The notes below the pieces were generated by a model. The model saw nothing but the letters and a program-made list of their open reading frames with translations, was not told where the DNA came from and did not search any database. The translations under genes were made by a program, and so were the position numbers. A DNA stretch of 64,000 nt from Octopus sinensis (lineage: Eukaryota). Below are positions 54,078 through 64,000 of this stretch, piece by piece (the stretch's first letter is position 1; every line of letters begins with the position of its first letter). Location of the stretch: contig NC_043002.1 in the NCBI RefSeq assembly GCF_006345805.1, positions 86,738,001 to 86,802,000 on the forward strand, written 5' to 3'.

Positions 54078-54834
54078 TTCTATATAAAAAGGATACTTGC
54101 TGAGTTATGAATAAAAGTTGGTATAGCTTAGAATGTAAAAATACAAATATTTTTATAGAAGATTTCAAATAACATCAGTTATATTATTCAAAATATTGAT
54201 CTTTAGCATAATACATAATTTGTTTTGGATTTTTTATATGCTTTTGTATATTTGTTATCTTGTCTCATGGCATTGAAAATGCACTACCCTATGACTCATT
54301 GTCCCAATCCTTTGATGTTATTCTTTCTTCACAGCACCATTCCTTACTGGCACACTGAAGCTAGTGATCCTGTTGTTAAATGAGCTGAAATCACAAAACT
54401 TCAGTCAAGTGCTGACGAGAGGACATTTGTGCTTTTCTATATCCTATTTGTTTGGCTTGTTTTCTTTGCTAAATTTCTCTTCTATCCCACTTCCCCATGT
54501 CCTCATTCCCTCATTCACTTTGGAAATCCCCAGTTTGAAGTTGTAATTATTTAGTTTAGATATATGAAGAATGTATGTGGTGTGATTGAGTTTTTTTTTT
54601 TCCTGTAGAAAGAAATACTTTTATTTCTATGTGGATTTCAGTTTCAGCATGTGTGCTTGGATGGTAGACTTGCAGGTCAATGTGTACAGTGAGTACTTCA
54701 AGTACTCATAAGAAAATAACCCAGGATGAAAAAACAGCAAAAAAGAAAATAGAAGATTAAATTCTCCCTTAAAATGACAGAGTTGCCTTCCAAGCCTTAT
54801 CAAATGCTGCTCATTGTCAGAACTGAGACCTTTA

Positions 54835-55070
54835 TTAACCCTGTAGCCCTCAGATTATTCTGTCAAATGCAATGCTTATTTATTCACATTGTTTTGAATT
54901 AATCATGCATTATCTCACAGCCTTGAGATTTTGATGACATAATTGCCTATTTTAGAATTTTAGATTGTTTATTTTCGGGTAGGTGTGAGAGGCTGGATCT
55001 CACCAGTTTTAACATAAAACAAGTAGAATATTTGGGCTGGGTATGGTCAGTTTAAATGCTAAAGAGTTAA
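54835..55070 (+). mobile_element. piggyBac-type MITE A copy; another at 56158-56378
   Basis: TTAACCCTGTAG ... AATGCTAAAGAGTTAA. Confidence 0.78.
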
Positions 55071-56409
55071 AGAGCATGTCATTTTTCAAAACTTTTGTAT
55101 GTAAATATAAGAAAATTTAATCTAAGCTTAAGTTATACTATACATCTCTACAAAGATACTAAAATATATGAATTTCTCCGATAATTTTATTTGATACAAT
55201 TTCAATAAATTTACATTATCTAAATCCAAATTTGGTTTCAGAATAACAAAATATCCACAGTTTAACATACTTTTTGCAACCTTCTTCCAATTAATAAGGA
55301 ACATTACCTGCTCCAAAATTGTAAACACTTTCCAGAAAACCAAATACAAGCTGTCTTCACTTTCTAAAACTAATATCAATCATGTTCATTTGTACAAAAG
55401 AAAGAAGCTCTTTAACATAATCTTGCACCATTGAACTTTATTTTCACAAACTTACATGCCCACTCAGTTGTGTTCTCAGTTGAAGTGTCTTTGTCTTACA
55501 AGTTACCTAATGACCTCACTGGTGCTGGTGGCACGTAAAAAGCACCCAGTACAGTTAGTAAAGTGGTCTGCATTAGTAAGAGCATCTAGCCATAGAAACT
55601 ATACCAAAGCAGACTTGGTGTAGTCCTCTGGCTTGCCGATCCCTGTCAAACTAGTCAACCCATATCACATGGAAAACAGATAAAAAAAAGGGTATGATAA
55701 TGATGATGATGAGGAGGACAACAACATCATCCCATTGAATGACAAATTAAACTTATTTATCTTTGTTATCATTTCTCATAACCACTAAAACTTATACTTA
55801 TATCTACACACCTCATAATCCTGCCTACTCACACATATATCTCTAAACAAACCCACAAAACTTTGGTGTGTTCAAATAAAAGAAAACAAAAATAAAAATA
55901 GCCCCACAAAAAAATATTACACTACATACTCTTTACACTTCTAAATAAATGTCCCACAGTCTGTCGATTCTCACTTGAGATGAAACTACTGGTCACCGAA
56001 GTACTGAACCTGACAGTCTCCACAATAATGTGTGTGTGTGTGTGCACGTTTTATTAAAAGTGAGTTCTGGAAAAGGGAGTTTTGTTATTGATTCACTAAT
56101 TTAATAAAACATTTTGATATTCAATCCTAATACTTTAAGTTCTTTTTTCTAACTGGCTTAAACCTTTAGCATTCAGATTTCTTTGTCAAATGTATTGCTT
56201 ACATATTCACATCGTTTTGAATTTATTATGCATTACCTTCAAAATTTCAATGATGTGTTTATATGTCTTTTAGAATGACATTGTAAAATACCTGTGAGAG
56301 GTTGGATCAGGAGAGCTTTAACATAAACAGGTAGAATATTTGGGCCAAATATGGCTGGTTTAAAAGCTAGAAGGTTAATCATGTCATGTTCCTTTGAACA
56401 GGTAACCAG

Positions 56410-56700
56410 GAACCTAGTGGCTAGAGCAGCAGACTCGAGATCAAGGGATCATGGGTTCAAATCTCAGACTGCGCGATGTGTGTGCTTATGAGCGAAAACA
56501 CCTAAGCTCCACGTGGCTCTGGCAGAAGGTAATGGCAAACTTCTGCTGATTCTTTCGCCACAACTTTCACTCTTTCCTCCTGCATCTTGCAGGTCACCTG
56601 CGACAGACCGGCATCCTGTCCAGGTGGGGAACCTATACGCTAAGAAACCGGGAAACCGACCCTTATGAGCCAGGCATGGCTCGAGAAGGAACAAACAAAA
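56410..56700 (+). mobile_element. tRNA-derived SINE family 4
   Basis: CTAGTGGCTAGAGC (A box)...GGGTTCAAATC (B box); unique body; AACAAACAAAA tail. Confidence 0.75.
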
Positions 56701-57094
56701 AAAAAACAAAACAAATTTGTATGTGCATATAAATGTATATGTGTGTGCATTTGCACATCCATTTTTTTTAACTGCTTGTTCAGAGTAGAAAGGTGAACAG
56801 ATATGACCATTTTTTTTTTAGCACTTCCATGATAGATACAAGGAAATGAGGAAGTTATCCTCAGACCAAAACCTAGGTTAACTTTCTAGGATTTAGATTA
56901 TTCTGTCAAATGTGCTTATTTAACCACATTGTTTACGTTGTTTTGAATTAACCATGCATTATCTTGTAGCATCAAGATTTCAATGATGTGATAGTTTATT
57001 TTTAAACTGACACTGTAGGATAGATGTGAGAGGCTGGATCTGGCCGATTTGAATATAAAAAGCAAGTAGAATATTTTGGCAGGATATGGCCAGT

Positions 57095-57548
57095 TTAACC
57101 CTTTAACCCTTTTGTTAGTGTATTTATTTTGAGATGCTCTGTCTTTCTTCCAATTATTTTAAATATAACAAAGAATTAAGTAAAATAACATCATTATCAT
57201 GAAGCTAGTGTTAGGGACATAAATTGTAACTAAGGTTTGGCGGAGGATTTTAATTCAGAACTTTTGAAAACCAGACATTTGTACTAAAGAGCCAGAGCCG
57301 GTTTCAGCTGGGCTGGTAACAAAAGGGTTAACATTCAAATTATTCTATCAAATGCAATGCTTATTTATTCACATTGTTTTTAATTAATCTGGCATTATCT
57401 TTGTGGCTTTGAGATTTCAATAATGTGATTGCTTATTTTCAGAATGTCATTGTAGGGTAGTTGTGAGAAGCCAGATCTAGCCAGTTTGAACAGAAAACAA
57501 GTAGAATATTAAGGCCAGATATGGTTGGTTTAAATGCTAAAGGATTAA
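57095..57548. mobile_element. MITE B (57107-57327) nested in the TTAA inside the left TIR of a MITE A
   Basis: TTAA CCCT TTAA [CCCTTTTGTT...AACAAAAGGG] TTAA CATTCAAATT...AATGCTAAAGGA TTAA. Confidence 0.88.
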
Positions 57549-58667
57549 GTTCATGCAATGAAGTAGACTCTGCTAAAGACAATGAAGGTCAGATGGTGAC
57601 GTCAAATGGGGCAACAGATAAAATCTACCACCTAACAAATAAGGATAGTCTTTCCAGCAGTTTCTGCCTTGCACACTTCTCTCAAATTGCTTGGCTAAAG
57701 TGTCACACAATGAGATCAAGCCCTAAATTAGTAGTTCCCAAAAATACAAGATCTCATTAAAAAAATATTAAGAAAATTTTAGCCCTTCCTTGAAGATTTT
57801 CATCCATATAATTTTTTTTTTTTTATTACCATGGTTTTATAAAAGTTTAGTTTAAACCTAGTGGGGGATTTAAGCTTCTAAGAAAAACACCTCACAAAAT
57901 CTCACTAAAGTGTAAAGTGAACTTCTGAACCAAACCATCAACCCTGCATCTATAGTCTTTGTTCATATTTATACTTGTGTGTGTGTCTAAATACATATGT
58001 GGCTCAATCTCATGCAATAGTTAGTTTGATCCAGGTCATTCTTATTTTACTTAGAATCAAAGGTAATGAAATATAAGAAAAATATATGAATGGATCCGTA
58101 GAGGTTTAGGAGTGGATGAAAGTATTTGAAGGAGAGAGAGAGAGTGAGAAAAACTATAAGAATAAAAAGAATTAAATAAAAAAAACGTTTTATCACAACT
58201 GCCTTATAGCATAGCACCCCCTACCATTGTTGTTTGCGTAGATTGTCATAATGGAATTTTTGCTAGGTCCGGTTTGTGTCAATAAGCTTGCAAACTTGTT
58301 GTATGATAGTATTATTAAAACAACAACACTAACAGCCAACAAGTCTATAACAGTTTTCTGAAAAAAAAAAAGAAAAATGTTCTTTTGGCTAAGTTTATTT
58401 ATAACTTGGGAAATATTGACCTTTAAAATAAAATAAAAGTTAAAAACAAACTTCTTTGAATTCAGCTCAACAATAAACAAAAATATTCCCATTTCTTTTT
58501 TCTATATATGTCATAGAAGGATTTTTCTTATCAACCAAGGTGATATATGAAATATTATAATGTTGCTTAGATACTCTACGATTTACATTGCTTAAGTATG
58601 TGCACTTGCATAAATATTCTATCTCAAATGTAAATCTGTGAGTGTGTGTCGAATACATTCTTACATG

Positions 58668-58699
<32 letters not shown>

Positions 58700-59505
58700 T
58701 CATCATCATCCTCATCATTTAATGTCTGTTGTCCATACTGGCATGGGTTGGATGGTTTGACTGGGCTGGCACACTGGAAGGCTGCGCCAAGATCCAGTCT
58801 GATTTGGCATGATTTTCTACAGCTGGATGCCCTTCCTAATGCCGACCACTCTGAAAGTGTAATAGGTGCTTTATGTGCCACTGGCATGGGTGCTATTTGC
58901 ATGTCACCGTTATCTGTCGTGACTGCGATTTTACTCAGCTTGATGGGTCTTCTTCTCAAGCATAACATAATGCCAAAGGTTTTGGTCATTGCCTTCATGA
59001 GGCCTAACACTCAAAAGGAACTTGGTGATTTTACCTACATGAGGCCCAACACTTGAAAGGACATCAGCCACCTCACCTCCGTAAAGCTCAACTCTTGAAA
59101 GGAACTCAGCCACTTTGTCTCCTTGCTGCCCAATGCTCAAAAGGAACTGAGCCACTTTGCCTCTGTCAGGCCCAGTGCTCAAAAGGTACTCAACCACTTT
59201 GCCTCTGTGGGGCCTGACATTCAAAGATTGATTATTTTATGTGCCACCAGCATGGGTGCACTTGGCTTGATGGGTCCTCTTAAGCAGAGCACATCGCCAA
59301 AGGTCTCGGTCACTAGTCATTGCCTTTGTGAGGTTCAAAGTTTCAAGGTCATGCTTCACCGCTTCATCTCATGTCTTCCTGAATCTACCTCTACCACAGG
59401 TCCCCTCCACAGTTAGAGATCAGCACTTCTTTACACAACTGTCCTCATTCATATGCATCACATGATCATACCAGCACAGCTGTCTCTCTTGCACACCATG
59501 TCTGA
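58700..59505 (-). mobile_element. RTE LINE 3' portion with an internal 42-bp minisatellite
   Basis: (CAT)n tail; RRCSIRHGVQERQLCWYDHVMHMNEDSCVKKC C-terminus; 5-6 tandem 42-bp units at ~58998-59225. Confidence 0.88.
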
Positions 59506-60552
59506 TACTGCATCTCCTGTTCTCTCTGTCCTTCTCTATACATCGGTCAAACGGGATGCTGCTTGGCTGACCAGTTTGTGGAACCCTCCAAGACATCAGA
59601 TTCAGCAATGACACCCCAGTCTCGTACCATTTCCGCTCTACCGATCACTCTTTACAACACCTGTCTGTGTTCGGATTGTCCTTGCACAGAGGTCATCCGG
59701 ACTCCCGCCTTTGTCATGAGCAGGGATTAAACTTCTCTCTTCACTCCTTTGTGCCACATGGGTTCAACTCTCTTGCCCTCTTCATCTAACCCTCCTCTCT
59801 TCCTCTCACACCTACTTCCTCCCACACACCTCTCCTCTCTTGTTCTGTCACCTACTTTCTCTCTTCACTCCTACCCACCTTCTCCCTACATAATCACCCC
59901 TCTCTCTTTACCCCACCCCTACACATTCCAACCCCACCATCCCTATATATTGCATCCCACACCACCCCATCCCTTAGACCCCCACCCTTGCTTCCTCCTC
60001 ACCCCACCCCACCCACCCTCTTCTTTCATCGTCACCCCTCCTTCTTTACCTTACCCCTACACATTCCAACCCCACCATCCCTATACATTTCATCACACCC
60101 CACCCCTTAGACCCCCACTCCATCCCTTAAACCCCCCACCCTTGCTTCTGCCACTCTCACCTCCCCACACCCCAACACCACCACATCACCCCACCCCACA
60201 CACTAGCACTGACCACTTCCCAGCACTCACACCAGTGCACACACTAGCACTGACAAACATCCCAGCACCTACACTATCATCCATGCCCATACACATGCAT
60301 ATGCACCTTCGTTTTGGGATCCCCTCTACTTTATTATCTCCCCTTGTTCCTAGCTCTCCTGTGTGACCCCTAACAGATTGCTAGCCACTAAACCTTTTTC
60401 TATTTTCTCTCCCTGTTTATTTCTATGTTCCTTTCTGTCAAAGAGTGTAGGCTCGAAACGTAAAATACTTTCTCACTTCCTGAGTGTTAAACTAATACAT
60501 CTGTTTGTTCTTTACACACCCATCTTCATCTTTTAATTTTTTTGTAAATTCT
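59506..60552 (+). mobile_element. Penelope-like element 3' part: GIY-YIG endonuclease remnant, C-rich UTR, PLE-A terminal region
   Basis: 59506-59771 reads YCISCSLCPSLYIGQTGCCLADQFVE(fs)DIRFSNDTPVSYHFRSTDHSLQHLSVFGL...RLCHEQGLNFSLHSFVPHGFN, matching the PLE pattern YCIxC..C..LYIG..HF..HS..EQ..P.GLN. Confidence 0.88.
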
Positions 60553-60684
60553 CACTATATATATATATTATATTACATATCTATCTATCTAGCTATATAT
60601 ATATATATATATATATATCATATTATATTATATATGTTATATTACACACACGCACACATACACATATATATATATATCATATGT

Positions 60685-61200
60685 ATTCATCATCATCATC
60701 GTTTAACGTTTTCCATGCTAGCATGGGTTGGACGGTTCAATTGGGGTCTTGGAAGCCAGGAGGCTGCGCCAGGCTCCAGTCTGACCTGGCAGTGTTTCTA
60801 TGGCTGGATGCCCTTCCTAACGCCAACCACACCGTGACTGTAGTGGGTGCTTTTCATGTGCCACCGGCACAGGTGCTAGAGGAGGCTGGCAATGCCCATG
60901 ATCAGTTGGTGCTTTTTACATGTCACCGACGGATGCCAGTCAGGTGACGCTGGCATCAGCCACGTTCGGATGGTGCTTTTTATGTGCCACCGGCACAGGT
61001 ATCACAACTACAATTTCCATTTGATTTTTATTTTGATGTTGCTGTTGACGTGCTTGACTCAATAGGTCTCCTCAAGCACAACGGGTCACTCTACAATCCA
61101 AGGTAAGCACAGCAGGCCATCCTGCGAGCCACGAAGTCACTTCATTTGTCTTCGCAGTCACAGCATATCTCCAGAGATCTTGGTCTTTCGTTATTTCCTC
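60685..61200 (-). mobile_element. RTE LINE 3' end
   Basis: Family match. Confidence 0.85.
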
Positions 61201-61214
61201 ATATTATATATGTG

Positions 61215-61255
<41 letters not shown>

Positions 61256-61362
61256 ATATATATATATTGATAAAAATGGTAAGACAACAAAAGAAAGAAA
61301 GAGACCTCGATATTATGTAAGAATTTATCTAATGTAATATGTGACAATTATTCAGTAGCCAT

Positions 61363-61423
61363 GATAAAACTCCGAGTTTCGGATGCCAAGGTGGAAATCC
61401 ACGCCACCATCTCTTCAGTTATC
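61363..61423 (-). ncRNA. Minimal type I hammerhead ribozyme (predicted) inside a Penelope-type repeat (~61268-61510)
   Basis: GAUAA-CUGAAGA-[GAUG...CAUC C]-GAAA-CUC G GAG U-U-UUAUC: stem I 5 bp, all core nucleotides present, stem III 4 bp with a 1-nt loop, GUU cleavage triplet. Confidence 0.7.
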
Positions 61424-61609
61424 CAGCCATTGTAAAAATGCTATGAAGACTGTGATTGACCGTTAGTAAGACAAAAGAGCTATTTGAATGACCGCTAAGT
61501 AAGGGGAGGGAGTAAAAGTAAGGGGTTAAAAATGTACATAGCATTCGCGTAAGCACACCTGTTCATACCTACACATGCGTGCCCACACACCCATGTATAC
61601 ATTCATCCA

Positions 61610-61850
61610 CCCTCTTTTGAGTGTCACATACTGAATTTGAGTATGACAGTAAGACTTGGGGGTGTGAAGTCTTCACAGATGTATACAACACAACTCCACC
61701 ATGGCTCCTTTCTCTTCTGTTTGTTTGCAGTATTGTATATTTTGGTACATGGTGCTTCTGCATCCTCTATATCAGGGCTCCCTCTCTTGATATAGGATGG
61801 GAGTGAAAATGAGGTGTAAAGCTATTTTTGTCTGTCCTACTACATGTATG
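61610..61850 (-). mobile_element. CR1-group LINE endonuclease N-terminal fragment
   Basis: PKYTILQTNRRERSHGGVVLY...VLLSYSNSVCDT. Confidence 0.7.
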
Positions 61851-61889
61851 TGAGTCATCTCCAAGATACTCTGAGGACAGATGGTGATA

Positions 61890-62620
61890 TTCAAAACATG
61901 GGGCAACTCCCATCATCCATGAATGAACACAAGACGCTATGACATTTCAGGACATATGGAAAACAGATCTTTTTGCCACTTTCACCTGCAACCCGAAATG
62001 GGAAGAAATAATATTTAACCTTCTTCCAGATCAAGAACTCCATCATTGACATGATATTATTGCAAAAGTATTTTGTCAAAAAGTTCTGAAATTGGTTTAT
62101 CTGATCACCAACACGAATATTGCCATTTTTGGACTAATTATTTGTCATATGTACACTATTTAATGGCTAAAGAGAGGCCTTCTTCGTACACATATGCTGT
62201 TTTGGTTACATGAAAAAGTTTGTCTCGACCAAATTGATACCATCATTAGTGCTCAGTTACCAGATCCAGAAAGAGACCTAGAACTATTTGAAACTGTGAA
62301 AATATAGATGGTTCATAGTCCATGTGGTACAATGAATTCCAATGCTATTTGTATGGTGGATGGTAAGTGCACCAAACACTATCCAAAGCAATTTTTAAAT
62401 AAAAATCAAATGGGATATGATGGTTATCCACTCTACAGACGTTATAAACCATGCTAGAGAGGATTCAGAGCAAATATTAGAGTATGGTAGAATTGTCAGT
62501 TAGAAATTGATAACAGGTGGATTGTTCCAATATTGTACAAAATTTTCAATGCACACATCCATGTGGAATTTTGCAATTCTGTCAAATCAATCAAATATAT
62601 TTGTAAGAATGTAAATATGG
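61890..62620 (+). mobile_element. Helitron Rep (HUH) domain fragment, decayed
   Basis: DLFATFTCNPKWEEI, YTI*WLKRGLLRTHML (the EWQKRGLPHxH motif), ISAQLPDP, MVHSPCG, DGYPLYRR, IDNRWIVP, AHIHVEFCNSVKSIKYICK. Confidence 0.92.
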
Positions 62621-63500
62621 CAGTAAATGCAATGACTTCCATCTCTGTCCCTGTTCATCTCTCTTTCTCTTCCACCCTGAACTTCATTTCCCTATTTTAT
62701 AATATATCTACATGTTTATTATACAACTGCTCCCCACCCCTCCTATACTGCCATTTACCACCTCCTCATCCCTAAGCTATTTTTTTACCCTTGCTTCCAT
62801 ATTCATATTTACCATTAACCACACCACTACCCTTGTACATTTTTCACTAGATTAACCTTTACTTCCATTATTAACCATATATCATTCTCTTTTAATAGTC
62901 TTTAACTCATTTAAATGCCTTTGCAATCCCCAGTCCAAATTCTTTCTTTACTCACCTACTTGTAGATCGAGAGTATGCTCTGATATCTTGTCACCAATAT
63001 CTGTATCTTCTTTCCAGTTTCTCCCACCCACTCTTATATAATGCAAGGTAGCCATGTGTCTCTTCTGTAGCAAGACATCTGTATTTGTCCCTCAATTATA
63101 CTTTAGCCTCTCGACACCCAGCATAAAGCTACCTCCCCATTGACTACAAGCCCACTCAGTCAAGGGTGTTTCTTCCTTTTCTTTGTCTTGCAGGTTACTT
63201 GCCAACCTCATTAATGCTAGTGTCATGTGTAGACACTGATCATTAGCTATGCAAAATGTCAGCAATGCCAATGTATGAGGTTATTGAACCAGTTGTCAGC
63301 TGCACCTGGGTTCACACCCATGAATTCCATGCTTATCATAATGCCCTCCTACTTGATTGGGCATTGTAAGGTCTCCTTGATGGTACCCTCACTAGCCTTG
63401 CCTGATTAGGAGGATTGCTAGAAAATCCAGCAGGACTTAAAACAAGACCTGTCAAAAGGTGGGATGAACCTAGTGTAGGTTCAGCAATTATCTGCAATAG

Positions 63501-63534
<34 letters not shown>

Positions 63535-63559
63535 TACACACACGCACACACAACAAAAT

Positions 63560-64000
63560 GTTTTGTCCAAAATTGGCTTAGACCACATCTGACTTAATTG
63601 TACTACTTGAAAGGTTCTTTTAAGTCATTTTCAGTCAAGTTGTGTGGCATCATACTCCATTCAAGTAGGGGGCTATTGTTGACTGAGATGTATCCAAGTA
63701 TTGTTGGTTTGTCTAGTATTCCCTGAAAAACAATTAGTTCAGATATCATTTAACAGCTTGGTAATCTTTTTCTGCTTTGATTTGTTTTGGGTTATAATAA
63801 ATAAAGGTGGGCCAATTGAATAAAATTAATTGTGCTGCAATGTGGTTTTATGTTGTGGACCTGATTTGTATAGGAAGTATATGGGAGTGGGCCTTAAATG
63901 AATTATGAACTTGATGTTAAGGTCATTTGGGCAATGCTGGTGGTATGTTCTCCATATTGTACAAAAGATGTATAGACATCCAAAGTTTTAAGACAATTCC
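63560..64000 (-). mobile_element. Older copy of the CR1-group LINE 3' end, continuing past the window edge
   Basis: Reverse complement aligns to 16290-16680 (CAGCATTGCCCAAATGA..., GTCAACAATAGCCCCCTACTTGAATGG). Confidence 0.82.

Noticed and set aside
59749-60366. 205-aa Pro/His-rich ORF
   Set aside because: Arises from the G-poor, C-rich UTR tract of the Penelope-like element; low complexity.

Overview
This window is AT-rich, microsatellite-dense animal DNA made almost entirely of transposable-element debris. I found no host protein-coding exon that I can support. The repeat repertoire (tRNA-head SINEs with TAAAAGAG tails, RTE LINEs with ATG-repeat tails, CA/TA mosaics) looks like a coleoid cephalopod, probably Octopus; this is inference. 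Identifiable elements: a young-looking CR1-group LINE, an old CR1/Jockey-like LINE, a 3.2-kb RTE LINE plus many RTE 3' ends, two TIR-complete mariners, a Tc1 deletion derivative, a fragmented hAT transposase, Helitron Rep and PIF1 fragments, piggyBac-type (TTAA) MITEs, other MITEs, several SINE families and Penelope-like (GIY-YIG) elements. There is one 100-N gap. Highlights: (1) hammerhead-ribozyme folds in three different Penelope-type repeat families, one with a complete catalytic core (61363-61423, minus strand); (2) a TSD-flanked RTE-type LINE with a twin-priming-style 5' inversion (36032-36781); (3) three local inverted duplications in the first 14 kb, one with a loop copied from 420 bp upstream; (4) nested TTAA MITEs. 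All calls come from reading and translating the sequence by eye; no searches were run.
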